DNA of 32,000 nt from Candidatus Electronema halotolerans (GTDB lineage Bacteria > Desulfobacterota > Desulfobulbia > Desulfobulbales > Desulfobulbaceae): assembly GCA_942493095.1 (NCBI GenBank), contig OW818675.1, positions 990,001 through 1,022,000 of the forward strand, read 5' to 3'. Position 1 is the first letter of the stretch. Every line of letters begins with the position of its first letter. This document shows, in pieces, positions 18,095 to 27,966 of the stretch. A model generated the notes under the pieces. That model made no database searches. It was not told the origin of the DNA and saw nothing but the letters and a program-made list of their open reading frames with translations. Position numbers and translations under genes: made by a program.

Positions 18095-18360
18095 AAGTTA
18101 GAGAGCAGGCTGCCTCTGCTGAAGAGGACGGAAAAGAAATATAACTCGGCCCGGCAAAAAAACAAAGAATTTCTCCGGCAGGCACGGCATGGCAGGTCCA
18201 GGCGGCGGCTGCGGAGCAGGTTGGTCAGCCGGGAAACAATCTCGGCCCGCGCATCTTTTTCTTGACTTGCCGTGCATCTGCTCTATGGTGTAGCTTGATG
18301 TGGTTCAGCTGAACAGACCGGGCGCGGTCGGATGTGATTATCGCCAGCAAGGAGGCAGCA

Positions 18361-18999
18361 GTGTTGATAATGAACAGCAGGGCAGAAATGAATTGCAGCG
18401 CCAGCGGACAGAACAGGACGGAAAGCGCGCTGCGCCGCCTCTTCCCCGCCCTGCTCCTCTCCGCCGCTGTGGTGCTGATGCTGTGTCATGCCGTGGCCGC
18501 AGCAGCGGAAGAAAAAGCCATGTTCATCTCCTCCAATATTGAGGTGCCGATACGGAGAGGGGCAAGTATAAGATATAAAATCATTAAAATCGCCAAAGTC
18601 AATGATTCGGTCAAGCGGCTGGAGGAAAAGGACGACTGGAGCAGAGTGCGCTTCAAAGACGGCGGCGAAGGCTGGCTGCCCAGCTACATGCTGATTGACG
18701 AGGTCCCGGCGGCCCAGCGGCTGCAAAGCCTGCTGCTGGAAAACAAGCAGCTCAAGCAGAAAAACGATGATTTGAGCATAGAGCTGACTGCATTGCAGGA
18801 GCATCAGACCGGCGAGAGCGAAAAATTATCTGCCTGCATTGCCGAGCGGAACACGGCCAAGGCCGAGCGCAGAGCTGTGGAGGACACAGCCAAAGTCATC
18901 TGGTTTCTCGCCGGTTCCGGGGTGCTTTTTCTCGGCTGGATACTGGGACGGATATCCGGCAGGCCGCGCAAAAAACGAAGCACGCTCAGTTTCCACTGA
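18361..18999 (+). CDS. SH3b-domain protein with coiled coil and C-terminal membrane anchor (YgiM/TIGR04211-like)
   Basis: Signal/TM LFPALLLSAAVVLMLCHAVAAAA and an SH3-like KIAKVNDSVKRLEEKDDWSRVRFKDGGEGWLPSYML. These are followed by a coiled coil, then the anchor VIWFLAGSGVLFLGWILG plus a basic tail. The start is uncertain: GTG 18361 has AAGGAGG 5 nt upstream, and ATG 18370 or GTG 18334 are also possible. Confidence 0.8.
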   Translation: MLIMNSRAEMNCSASGQNRTESALRRLFPALLLSAAVVLMLCHAVAAAAEEKAMFISSNIEVPIRRGASIRYKIIKIAKVNDSVKRLEEKDDWSRVRFKDGGEGWLPSYMLIDEVPAAQRLQSLLLENKQLKQKNDDLSIELTALQEHQTGESEKLSACIAERNTAKAERRAVEDTAKVIWFLAGSGVLFLGWILGRISGRPRKKRSTLSFH

Positions 19000-19020
19000 C
19001 AAAACTTCACGTGCAAGAAA

Positions 19021-19578
19021 ATGAAACGAACACGTTCAACAACTATTTTAGCAATCCGGCACAAGGGCGAGGTGGTCATGGCTGGCGACGGCCAGGTTTC
19101 GCTGGGCCAGACTGTGATCAAGCACCATGCCCGCAAGGTGCGCAGGCTCCATCATGACCGGGTGATCACCGGCTTTGCCGGTTCCACGGCTGATGCCTTC
19201 ACCCTCTTTGACCGGCTGGAGGCCAAGCTGGAGCAGTTCAACGGCAACCTGCTCCGCTCGGCAGTGGAGCTGGCCAAGGACTGGCGCACGGACAAGATGC
19301 TCCGCCGCTTGGAGGCGATGATGATCGCTGTTGACAGCAAGTATTCCCTGCTGCTTTCCGGCAGCGGCGATGTGATTGAATCTGATGACGGCATTCTCGC
19401 CATTGGTTCAGGCGGGGCGTATGCCCAAGCAGCCGCGACCGCCTTGGTCGCCCATTCCAGCTTGGATGCAGAGGGCATCGCCCGCGAAGCCATGAACATT
19501 GCCGCCTCGATCTGTGTCTATACCAATCATAATCTGATCATTGAGAAGGTGCAGGCAGCCCCTTCCGCTCAGAGTTGA
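19021..19578 (+). CDS. hslV: ATP-dependent protease subunit HslV
   Basis: [23 protein letters not shown]...[13 protein letters not shown]...[10 protein letters not shown]...AIGSGG. A 6-aa extension precedes the Thr-Thr (CodW-like). Confidence 0.95.
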   Translation: MKRTRSTTILAIRHKGEVVMAGDGQVSLGQTVIKHHARKVRRLHHDRVITGFAGSTADAFTLFDRLEAKLEQFNGNLLRSAVELAKDWRTDKMLRRLEAMMIAVDSKYSLLLSGSGDVIESDDGILAIGSGGAYAQAAATALVAHSSLDAEGIAREAMNIAASICVYTNHNLIIEKVQAAPSAQS

Positions 19579-19591
19579 CGAGACCTATTTC

Positions 19592-20977
19592 ATGCGCAAC
19601 AAACTGAATTCCCTGACTCCCAAGCAGACTGTGGAGGAGCTGGACCGCTACATCATCGGCCAGAACGAGGCTAAACGCTCAGTGGCAATCGCCCTGCGCA
19701 ACCGCTGGCGGCGGCAGCAGGTGCCTCATCCGCTGCGGGAGGAGATTGCTCCGAAAAACATCATCATGATCGGCCCGACCGGGGTGGGCAAGACCGAGAT
19801 CGCCCGCAGGCTGGCTCACTTGGCCCAGTCGCCCTTCATCAAGGTCGAGGCCTCCAAGTTCACCGAGGTGGGCTATGTGGGTCGGGACGTGGAGTCCATG
19901 ATCCGCGATCTGGTTCAGCTCGCCGTCAATATGGTGACCAAGGAGGAGGAGGAGACGGTGGCGGCCAAGGCGGCGGCGGCGGCTGAGGAGCGGCTGCTTG
20001 ACCTGCTCCTGCCCTTGCCGGAGAAAAAGCCGGTCAAGGAGAAGGAGGGCGAGATCATCGACCTGCCCTATGACAGCGGCAATGGCTCGGCGGAGAAAAC
20101 CCGCGAAAAGCTGCGGCGGATGCTGCACGGCGGCGAGCTGGATGACCGCTTGGTTGAGCTGAAAGTCAGTGCTGGCAAACCGCCTGGCCCGCTTGTCGAG
20201 GTCTTTTCCTCCTCCGGCATGGAGGAGATGCAGTCCTCGTTGCAGGAGGCGTTTTCCAAGATTTTCCCCAGCCAGAAGCAGGAGCGCAAAGTCCGGGTCC
20301 CGGAAGCGCTTGAGTATCTGAAAAAGGAAGAGGCGGCCCGGCTGGTCGATACAGAAAGCGTGGCTCAGAAGGCGGTGCGCCGCACTGAGCAGGCCGGGAT
20401 CATCTTTCTTGATGAGATTGACAAGATTGCGGCCCGCAGCGGCGGCAACGGCCCGGATGTGTCACGGGAAGGGGTGCAGCGCGACCTGCTGCCGATAGTC
20501 GAAGGTTCGACCGTGACCACCAAGTACGGCCCGGTGCGCACGGATCACATTCTCTTTATCGCCTCTGGGGCCTTTTACACCAACAAGCCCTCTGATCTGG
20601 CCCCGGAGCTGCAAGGCCGCTTTCCCATCCGGGTCAATCTGAACGCGCTCGGCGAGGAGGAGTTTTTCCGCATTCTCACTGAGCCGAACAACGCCTTGGT
20701 CAAGCAGTACACCGCCCTGATGAAGACCGAGGGCATTGAGCTGGAGTTTGAGGACAAGGCGGTGCGGGAGATGGCCCGCATTGCGGCGGAGGTCAACCGC
20801 AAAACCGAGGACATCGGCGCCCGGCGGCTGCACACGATTATGGAGTGCGTGCTTGACAAGCTCTCCTACGATGCCTCGGAGCTGGACGAGCAGGCTTTCA
20901 CTGTGACTGCTGATTATGTCCGCCAGCAGCTGTCCGTCATCTCGGAGAACGAGGACCTGAGCCGTTATATTCTGTAA
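19592..20977 (+). CDS. hslU: ATP-dependent protease ATPase subunit HslU
   Basis: Start is taken at Met18 of track ORF 19541 ([24 protein letters not shown]). Walker [16 protein letters not shown], Walker [11 protein letters not shown], and the intermediate I-domain are present. Confidence 0.95.
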   Translation: MRNKLNSLTPKQTVEELDRYIIGQNEAKRSVAIALRNRWRRQQVPHPLREEIAPKNIIMIGPTGVGKTEIARRLAHLAQSPFIKVEASKFTEVGYVGRDVESMIRDLVQLAVNMVTKEEEETVAAKAAAAAEERLLDLLLPLPEKKPVKEKEGEIIDLPYDSGNGSAEKTREKLRRMLHGGELDDRLVELKVSAGKPPGPLVEVFSSSGMEEMQSSLQEAFSKIFPSQKQERKVRVPEALEYLKKEEAARLVDTESVAQKAVRRTEQAGIIFLDEIDKIAARSGGNGPDVSREGVQRDLLPIVEGSTVTTKYGPVRTDHILFIASGAFYTNKPSDLAPELQGRFPIRVNLNALGEEEFFRILTEPNNALVKQYTALMKTEGIELEFEDKAVREMARIAAEVNRKTEDIGARRLHTIMECVLDKLSYDASELDEQAFTVTADYVRQQLSVISENEDLSRYIL

Positions 20978-21007
20978 TCCCACCGCCCCAATCCTGCATG
21001 CAACGAA

Positions 21008-21040
21008 CAATGCCTGCTGCGACAAGCGCGGCAGGCATTG
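21008..21040. terminator. hairpin between convergent hslU and the PilJ-domain gene
   Basis: CAATGCCTGC...GCAGGCATTG 10-bp arms, with further pairing inside the loop. There is no strong U-tract. Confidence 0.45.
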
Positions 21041-21070
21041 GCAATGATTCCCTTGTCCGGCTGGGCCGGA

Positions 21071-21859
21071 TTATTTCCTTTCAGCAGCTTCGACGTAAAG
21101 TTTGGTCACTTTATCCGCCAAGGTGGTTATCTCATCCGTGGTTGAGAGAACCAACAGCGGATTGCCTTGATCACGTTCCACATTGAGCAGAAAGGATGAT
21201 GCGTTTGACCAGAGACGCTCCATCTTTGTCAGCAGCATAGTGATCTTCTTGGTGTTGTGCTGATCACCTTTGAGCATGTCCAAGGCATAGGTGAATTCGG
21301 AAACAGCATTCTTCAAATTCTGGATAACCTTGTCATCATGAAGTCCGGCATGATGTGCCATGTAGTACAGTGAGATTCGCTGAGACAGCATGCGCTGCCT
21401 GCCGGAGATGTTGATGAGGCGGTCAATCTTTGACCCGGAAAGGTCTTCCAGCATCAGGACGACATTATGGGAGGATTCGAGCAGGGTTTCGCTCAAGTCC
21501 AGCACAGCGGCGGCATTGTCCTTGCTGTACGGCATTGAGACCAAGCTTTTAAATTTTGTGAAGTTGGCCTCAATGCCGACCAGAGCCTCACGCACCCCGC
21601 TGTCCTCCACGGTCTTCAGTTTGTTGTCATTGTATTCAAACTGTTTGAGACCAATATCCATCTGATGCTCAGTCTCCTGTTTGGAGATGCTCGATCCATG
21701 ATACAGATAGGCCTTGGCTATCCGCTGCGACAGCATCCGCTGCATTCCCGCCCTGTTGATCAAGTCAGGAAAGTCTGTCGCGGCCAGCAGAGGAGCGGCG
21801 AGGAGCGTGGCAAAGAGAAATGTCAGCAGGGCGATGCGCCAGATGTGTTGCGTTTTCAT
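21071..21859 (-). CDS. periplasmic PilJ/NarX-type (type IV pili MCP N-terminal) domain protein
   Basis: 262 aa with a signal peptide (ALLTFLFATLLAAPLLAA). Two copies of the INRAGMQRMLSQRIAKAY / INISGRQRMLSQRISLYY P-box-like motif. There is no HAMP or MCP signalling domain. Confidence 0.8.
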   Translation of the reverse strand: MKTQHIWRIALLTFLFATLLAAPLLAATDFPDLINRAGMQRMLSQRIAKAYLYHGSSISKQETEHQMDIGLKQFEYNDNKLKTVEDSGVREALVGIEANFTKFKSLVSMPYSKDNAAAVLDLSETLLESSHNVVLMLEDLSGSKIDRLINISGRQRMLSQRISLYYMAHHAGLHDDKVIQNLKNAVSEFTYALDMLKGDQHNTKKITMLLTKMERLWSNASSFLLNVERDQGNPLLVLSTTDEITTLADKVTKLYVEAAERK

Positions 21860-22072
21860 AAGAAATCTCCCTCAGAGGTTGGCACAGCAGTTTTGTAAAT
21901 GACCAAGAGTTCCTTGCAAGCGCGCTGCGTGGTTTGCTCAGACAGCTCTCAGCGCTTCCGGCAGGCAAAAGGCTTAGGAATAGTAAAGCAAAAATACGCA
22001 GTTTTCGCAAGCCGCTTCAGGTGCTGCAAACTCGGTTGAGCTGCCACAGCGTGTTTGCCGCAGCCGGGACTC

Positions 22073-23329
22073 TCAGACCTGACAGTGCTGCTCCACATAC
22101 TCGTCAATCATCTTTTTGAAGGCGGCAATCCTGTTGCTGCCGGAGAGCATGGCCGCCCGCTCGCCATCGACATAAACCGGCGAGACCGGGTCTTCGCCAG
22201 TGCCGGGCAGCGACAGGCCAATGTTCGCATCCTTGCTCTCGCCAGGGCCATTGACAATGCAGCCCATGACTGCCACAGTCATGCGTTCAAAGCCCTTGCA
22301 GCCGTTCCGCCGCCAGACCGGAGTCTGCTGGAGCAGATAGTCGCTGATCTCCTTGGCAATCTCCTGAAAGACGGCAGAGTTTGTCCTGCCGCAGCCCGGA
22401 CAGCTGGTCACCGTGGGCAGGAGCTGGCGCAGGCCAAGGAATTGCAGGACCTGCTGGCAGACCAGCACCTCCTCAGTGCGGGAGCTGCCCGGCGCAGGGG
22501 TCAGCGAAGTGCGGACAGTGTCGCCAATGCCCTCGGCCAGCAGCACGCTCAGGCCAGTTGCCGAGGCCACGGCCCCTTTGAGGCCCATGCCTGCTTCTGT
22601 GACTCCCAGATGCAGGGGCAGGTCGGTCAGGGCGGCCAGCTGCCGGTTGGCGGCAATCATCTCCGGCACCCGGCTGGCCTTGACCGAGAGCACCATCCTG
22701 TTGTGCGGCAGGCCAAGCTGCTCGGCCATGCGCACTGATTCCATGACGCTGACCACCATTGCCTCAACCAAGAGCTGCTGGCCGGTTTTCTGCTCAGAAC
22801 TTGGCTGGGCCGCATTCTCCTCCACCAGCCGCTCAAATATCTGCTGATCCTTGCTGCCCGCATTGACTCCGATGCGGACCGGCTTGTCATGCCTGACAGC
22901 CTGCTCAATGAACGTGACGAAATTTTGGTCATGCCGCTCGCCAAAGCCGACATTGCCTGGATTGATGCGGAACTTGTCCAAGGCTTGGGCGCAGTCCGGG
23001 TGCTTGCTCAGGAGAATGTGGCCGTTGTAATGAAAATCGCCGATCAGCGGCACAGCGCAGCCTTGCTGGCCGAGCAGTTCCTTGATGCGGGGAACCGCCC
23101 GCGCATCCGCCTCATCCTTGACCGTAAAGCGGACCAGCTCGCTGCCCGCCTCGTGCAGGGCTATAATCTGGGCAGCCGTGGCCTGCGCATCAGCAGTCAG
23201 AGTGTTGGTCATGGACTGGACTCTGACCGGATTGGTGCCGCCGATGCCGACAGAACCAACGCGGACTGCAACGGTTTTTCTTCTCATTTCCTCATTATAG
23301 GCCTGAAGGGGCAGGGCCTGCTCTTTCAT
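22073..23329 (-). CDS. ispG: 4-hydroxy-3-methylbut-2-en-1-yl diphosphate synthase IspG
   Basis: VRVGSVGIGGTNPVRVQSMTNT, INPGN, and the C-terminal Cys motifs TSCPGCGRT...GCIVNGPGE. Start is taken at MKEQALPL; Met at 23287 is also possible. The long track form 22073..23491 runs into the CRISPR repeat and is rejected. Confidence 0.92.
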   Translation of the reverse strand: MKEQALPLQAYNEEMRRKTVAVRVGSVGIGGTNPVRVQSMTNTLTADAQATAAQIIALHEAGSELVRFTVKDEADARAVPRIKELLGQQGCAVPLIGDFHYNGHILLSKHPDCAQALDKFRINPGNVGFGERHDQNFVTFIEQAVRHDKPVRIGVNAGSKDQQIFERLVEENAAQPSSEQKTGQQLLVEAMVVSVMESVRMAEQLGLPHNRMVLSVKASRVPEMIAANRQLAALTDLPLHLGVTEAGMGLKGAVASATGLSVLLAEGIGDTVRTSLTPAPGSSRTEEVLVCQQVLQFLGLRQLLPTVTSCPGCGRTNSAVFQEIAKEISDYLLQQTPVWRRNGCKGFERMTVAVMGCIVNGPGESKDANIGLSLPGTGEDPVSPVYVDGERAAMLSGSNRIAAFKKMIDEYVEQHCQV

Positions 23330-23483
23330 TGCAAGATTAACTGCTTTGCATGACTCCTGAAACGGCATGACCAAGTACAGTAGATTGCGCTGGCAGGAGA
23401 ATAAGGAGCAGTCTCGGTTTACCGAGGGAGAGGGATGAGCATGGCAGCGGAAATACATGCTGCCATGCAGTGCGGAAAGTGCT

Positions 23484-23734
23484 CTGCTCAACGCCTTTCG
23501 GCATCAAAGATAGAATCACAGGAGACGGCACCAATTCAACCACAGGGACTAATGTGCTCAACGCCTTTCGGCATCAAAGATAGAATCACACGATTGAGCA
23601 CAGGGCATAAACGGAGCGCAATAGTTGTGCTCAACGCCTTTCGGCATCAAAGATAGAATCACACCGATCATTGCATTAAGAGCAAAGCAATTGTATCGTG
23701 CTCAACGCCTTTCGGCATCAAAGATAGAATCACA
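23484..23734. CRISPR. orphan CRISPR mini-array: four 37-nt repeats and three spacers (33, 36, 34 nt)
   Basis: Repeat GTGCTCAACGCCTTTCGGCATCAAAGATAGAATCACA occurs at 23484, 23554, 23627 and 23698. The first copy has C instead of G at position 1. Spacers are unique, and the repeat has an internal GCC-TTTC-GGC mini-palindrome. No cas-like ORF is in the window. Confidence 0.85.
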
Positions 23735-24134
23735 GCCCTTCCCGCAGCTCCCTGCTGACGGGCTGTGCAGCACGATAAATCAAGCTGGCCTGCTGTTCCG
23801 CTGCTGCTGCCTGCAATACGAGCAATTTCTTTTAGCCCTCCCTTGCTCAGGTTAATGGTTTTGCATGAAAAAATCCCAAATCAAGCACCTGCTGCCCCTG
23901 TCGGCGGCTACATTCAGCCACTGTAGCAGCACGTTACCGCCGATATCTGCAAACCTGCTGATAGTATCATGGATGCCCATGAGTTGGCAAGAGATTATTT
24001 TTCTCGTTCCACGCCCCGCCCCTTGCCCCCGCTTCCATTTTTTCGGGCATTTTTCCGTTTGATCAGGTTTAATGGCAGCAGTCTATCCGCGCTGCATGCG
24101 CTTCAGTCTTTACTTGTTTCAAGGAGATGGAATT

Positions 24135-26066
24135 ATGGGACACACTGTTGCTGAAAAGATCATTGCCGCTCACGTAGTCGAAGGCGAACTGAAGAAGGGA
24201 ACCGAGATCGGCATCCGCATTGACCAGACCCTGACCCAGGACGCGACCGGCACGATGGCCTACTTGGAGTTTGAGGCCATTGGCATTCCCCGCGTCCAGA
24301 CCGAGCTGTCGGTGAGCTACGTTGATCACAACATGCTCCAGTCAGATTACAAGAATGCCGACGACCATATTTTCCTGCAAGGCGCGGCCCGCAAGTTCGG
24401 CCTGCACTTCTCGCCGCCCGGCAATGGCATCTGTCATCAGGTGCATTTAGAACGCTTCGGCATTCCGGGCAAGACCCTGCTCGGCTCGGACTCGCACACC
24501 CCGACCGGCGGCGGCCTCGGTATGCTGGCGATTGGCGCGGGCGGCTTGGACGTGGCAATGGCAATGGCAGGCAAGCCCTTCTATATGATCATGCCCAAGA
24601 TATACGGCATCAAGCTGACCGGCACGCTGCGGCCTTGGGTGGCGGCCCGCGATGTGCTGCTGGAGGTGCTGCGCCAGCTCACGGTCAAGGGCGGAGTGGG
24701 CTATATTATGGAATACTTTGGCCCCGGCGTGGCAACCTTGAGCCTCACCGACCGGGCCACGATCACCAACTTTGGCGCAGAGCTTGGCGCAACCAGCTCG
24801 GTCTTTCCATCTGATGAGCAGACCCGCACGTACTTTGCTGCCCAGGGCCGGGAGGAGCAGTGGGCTGAACTGAGTGCGGATGCAGATGCAGAATATGACA
24901 AGGTGCTGGAGATTGATCTTTCCACGCTGGAACCGATGATCGCCTGCCCTTCCTCGCCGGACAACGTGGTCAAGGTCAGCGAGGTTGCAGGCAGGCCGGT
25001 GGCGCAAGTGCTGGTTGGCTCCTGCACCAACTCCTCCCTGCGCGACCTGACTGCGGTCTCCAAGATCATGGCAGGCCGCGAGGTGCATCGGGACGTGAGC
25101 TTTGAGGTCAATCCCGGCAGTCGGCAGGCGTTGGAGAACTTAGTTGCTCAAGGCGGAGTCCTGCCGCTGCTCCAAGCCGGAGCGCGCATCCATCAATCCG
25201 GCTGTCTCGGCTGCATCGGCATGGGCCAGGCACCGCCCACCAACAAGATTTCCCTGCGCACCTTCTCGCGCAACTTCCCCGGACGCTCCGGCAATCAGGG
25301 CGACTTGGTTTATCTGTGCAGCCCGGAAGTGGCCGCCGCCTCAGCCATCACAGGCGTGATCACTGATCCGCGTGAGTTGGGCGACTATCCGAGCTTCACC
25401 CTGCCGGAAACCTATCTGCCCGGCGATGAGCGCATTGAAGCACCCCTGCCGGAAACGGAGAGCGCAAAGGTGGAGATCGTACGCGGCCCGAACATTGCCG
25501 CCTTCCCTGATTTCGCGCCGCTGCCGGAGACGTGGAAGGGCAAGGTCGTCCTCAAGCTGGCCGACAATGTCACCACTGATCACATCATGCCAGCCGGGGC
25601 CAAGATTCTGCCGCTGCGCAGCAATATCCCGGCCATCAGCGAATACGTCTTCTCGCAGATCACGGACTGCTTTGCCTGCAATATGAAAGAGACGATGGCG
25701 GCAGGCTATGCCGGAGCAGTGATCGGCGGCGACAACTACGGCCAAGGCTCCAGCCGCGAACATGCGGCCTTGGCCCCGCGTTATCTCGGCGTGCAGGTGA
25801 AATTAGTCAAGAGCTTTGCCCGCATCCACAAGGCCAACCTGATCAACTTCGGCATTGTGCCGCTGACCTTTGCTGACCCGGACGACTATGAGCGGGCAGA
25901 GCAGGGTGATGAAATCGTGATCAAGGGGCTGCGCGAGGCCGTGCTGTCCGGGGCGGAGCAGATTACAATGGAAATCGGCGGCAGGGCGGTGCAAGCACGC
26001 TGTGAGCTGTCCACCCGCCACCGGGAGATCATCGCCGCAGGCGGCCTGCTGAACTGGGCGAGGTAG
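24135..26066 (+). CDS. aconitate hydratase (~640-aa bacterial/archaeal aconitase type)
   Basis: Start at MGHTVAEKII, with AAGGAG 8 nt upstream. DQTLTQDATG, GSDSHT, and the Fe-S ligand region SCTNSS...GCLGCIGMGQ are present. The swivel domain carries GDNYGQGSSREHAA. Confidence 0.93.
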   Translation: MGHTVAEKIIAAHVVEGELKKGTEIGIRIDQTLTQDATGTMAYLEFEAIGIPRVQTELSVSYVDHNMLQSDYKNADDHIFLQGAARKFGLHFSPPGNGICHQVHLERFGIPGKTLLGSDSHTPTGGGLGMLAIGAGGLDVAMAMAGKPFYMIMPKIYGIKLTGTLRPWVAARDVLLEVLRQLTVKGGVGYIMEYFGPGVATLSLTDRATITNFGAELGATSSVFPSDEQTRTYFAAQGREEQWAELSADADAEYDKVLEIDLSTLEPMIACPSSPDNVVKVSEVAGRPVAQVLVGSCTNSSLRDLTAVSKIMAGREVHRDVSFEVNPGSRQALENLVAQGGVLPLLQAGARIHQSGCLGCIGMGQAPPTNKISLRTFSRNFPGRSGNQGDLVYLCSPEVAAASAITGVITDPRELGDYPSFTLPETYLPGDERIEAPLPETESAKVEIVRGPNIAAFPDFAPLPETWKGKVVLKLADNVTTDHIMPAGAKILPLRSNIPAISEYVFSQITDCFACNMKETMAAGYAGAVIGGDNYGQGSSREHAALAPRYLGVQVKLVKSFARIHKANLINFGIVPLTFADPDDYERAEQGDEIVIKGLREAVLSGAEQITMEIGGRAVQARCELSTRHREIIAAGGLLNWAR

Positions 26067-26130
26067 CCTGCCCTGTTGCAATGCACCAGTTGGGTCGCCA
26101 CGAGGGGCGACCCCTACAGCCGGAGGAACC

Positions 26131-27807
26131 ATGAACGACCAATTCCACAACAGCGGCCCTGGCGAGCAGAATGTTGCGCAGGGCGACCACGCCATCTGCA
26201 AGCAGGTCAATAACTACGGTGTGCCGTATGAGGCATACGGGGAGCTTGCAGGCAAGCTGACCGTCACCGAGGCCGCCCTTGCCAGCTTCTTCAAGATACT
26301 GGAGGAGCAGCAGGTTCCGCTGGGGGATTTGGACAGCAAGCTGCGGGACATAGCCGCCCAGTACAAGGAACTGCTGGTGCGGCTGGAATTTGTGCAGTCC
26401 GAAGACCAAGAAGTTCGGCGGCTGAAGGATGGGGCCAGGCAGGCGATTGAGGCGGGCAAGTACGCTGAGGCCGAGGAGCTGCTGAACCTGGCCGAGGCCC
26501 GTGATGTGCAGGCCATTGAGGAACTGGAGCAGGCCGCCCGCCAGCGGCGCATCTCCGCTGCGGAGACCAATGCTGACCAGGCCAAGCTGCAAGAACTCCA
26601 GTTGCGCTACGAGAAGGCTGCCGCTTACTGGCAGAAGGCCGCCGTCCTGCTGTCGGAGGACAAGAAGAAGGTCAAGGCGTACTATTTGAACGCGGCAGGC
26701 TATGACCTTGACCGCATTGCTGACTACACGAAGGCCCTGCCCCTGTATGAGCAGAGCTTGGTCATCAGCCAAGAGATCGGCGACAGGGCGGTCGAAGGCG
26801 CGACGCTGAACAACATCAGCCAGATTTACAAGGCGCGGGGCGACTACGCTGCGGCCCTCAAGTATCTGGAGCAGAGCTTGGTCATCCGCCAAGAGATCGG
26901 CGACAGGGCGGGCGAAGGCACGACGCTGAACAACATCGGCCAGATTTACAAGGCGCGGGGCGACTACGCTGCGGCCCTCAAGTATCTGGAGCAGAGCTTG
27001 GACATTCACCGAGAAGTCAGCAACAGGTCAGTGGAAGGCGCGACGCTGAACAACATCGGCCAGATTTACAAGGCGCGGGGCGACTACGCTGCGGCCCTCA
27101 AGTATCTGGAGCAGAGCTTGGTCATCTTCCGGGAGACTGGCGGCAAGGCGGAGGAAGGCACGCTGTTGAACAACATCGGCCAGATTTACGATGCGCGGGG
27201 CGACTTCGCTGCGGCCCTCAAGTATTATGAGCAGAGCTTGGTCATCAGCCAAGAGATTGGCGACAGGGCGGTCGAAGGCGTGATGCTGAACAACATCTCC
27301 GGGATTCACTGGGCGCGGGGCGACTTCGCTGCGGCCCTCAAGTATCTGGAGCAGAGCCTTGCCATCAGCCAAGAGATCGGGAAAAGGGCGGTCGAAGGCG
27401 CGACGCTGAACAACATCAGCCAGATTTACGATGCGCGGGGCGACTACGCTGCGGCCCTCAAGTATCTGGAGCAGAGCTTGGTCATCCGCCAAGAGATCGG
27501 CGACCGGGCGGGCGAGGGCAGGACGCTGAGTAACATTGGTGCGCTTCACCATGCTAAGGGCGACTACGCTGCGGCCCTCAAGTATCTGGAGCAGAGCTTG
27601 GCAATCATGCGCGAGATCGGAGCCAAGGCAGAGGAAGCAGTGATGAGTTGGAATATTGGCCGTGTTTACGAAGATCAGGGCGACCTTGTCAAGGCGGAGC
27701 AGCACATCAGCCGGGCGGTGCAGCTTGAAGAGGAAATCGGCCATCCTGATTTGGAGAAAGACCGCGAGGCATTGGCAGACATTCGCGCCGAGCTGCGGGG
27801 CCGGTAG
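26131..27807 (+). CDS. tetratricopeptide-repeat protein (8 x 40-aa TPR units), copy 1
   Basis: 558 aa with GGAGG 5 nt upstream. N-terminus is MNDQFHNSGPGEQNVAQGD, followed by a coiled-coil region. Then come 8 units of the type ALKYLEQSL.I.QEIGDRAGEG.TLNNIGQIYKARGDYAA. Confidence 0.9.
   Translation: MNDQFHNSGPGEQNVAQGDHAICKQVNNYGVPYEAYGELAGKLTVTEAALASFFKILEEQQVPLGDLDSKLRDIAAQYKELLVRLEFVQSEDQEVRRLKDGARQAIEAGKYAEAEELLNLAEARDVQAIEELEQAARQRRISAAETNADQAKLQELQLRYEKAAAYWQKAAVLLSEDKKKVKAYYLNAAGYDLDRIADYTKALPLYEQSLVISQEIGDRAVEGATLNNISQIYKARGDYAAALKYLEQSLVIRQEIGDRAGEGTTLNNIGQIYKARGDYAAALKYLEQSLDIHREVSNRSVEGATLNNIGQIYKARGDYAAALKYLEQSLVIFRETGGKAEEGTLLNNIGQIYDARGDFAAALKYYEQSLVISQEIGDRAVEGVMLNNISGIHWARGDFAAALKYLEQSLAISQEIGKRAVEGATLNNISQIYDARGDYAAALKYLEQSLVIRQEIGDRAGEGRTLSNIGALHHAKGDYAAALKYLEQSLAIMREIGAKAEEAVMSWNIGRVYEDQGDLVKAEQHISRAVQLEEEIGHPDLEKDREALADIRAELRGR
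26734..27693 (+). repeat. 8 tandem 120-bp coding repeats inside TPR gene 1
   Basis: Period is exactly 120 bp. The 60-mer cagatttacaaggcgcggggcgactacgctgcggccctcaagtatctggagcagagcttg is identical at 26821, 26941 and 27061. Confidence 0.95.
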
Positions 27808-27818
27808 GGTCGTAGGTC

Positions 27819-27859
27819 GTAGGGACAATTCATGAATTGTCCCTACATGAATTGTCCCT
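27819..27859. repeat. palindromic element downstream of TPR gene 1
   Basis: GTAGGGACAATTC-at-GAATTGTCCCTAC (13-bp arms), followed by a third GAATTGTCCCT copy. It is preceded by the tandem GGTCGTA GGTCGTA. Confidence 0.85.
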
Positions 27860-27966
27860 GCGGAATGCGGCAGGCAATAGGCAGACCGGCCCGTCCGCAC
27901 ATCTCTCCTCAGAGCCGCAGCACATCTGCAAGATCGACAATAAAGATGGGGGCTACAGGAGGCAAT

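Noticed and set aside
19021-19041. HslV N-terminal extension (MKRTRS before the catalytic Thr-Thr) as an anomaly
   Set aside because: Short propeptide-like extensions are known in CodW-type HslV homologues, so this is not unusual enough to report.
23330-23491. N-terminal 54-codon extension of ispG
   Set aside because: The extension has no similarity to IspG and overlaps the first CRISPR repeat. IspG homology starts near MKEQ../MRRKTVAVRVG.
23765-23801. Possible fifth, degenerate CRISPR repeat 30 nt after the last repeat
   Set aside because: Only 7 of the first 10 bases match (GTGCagcACG), and the rest shows essentially no identity. This is compatible with chance, so it was not counted.
23435-23855. 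ORFs 23435..23656+ and 23625..23855+
   Set aside because: They are translations of the CRISPR repeats (recurring CSTPFGIKDRIT), not genes.
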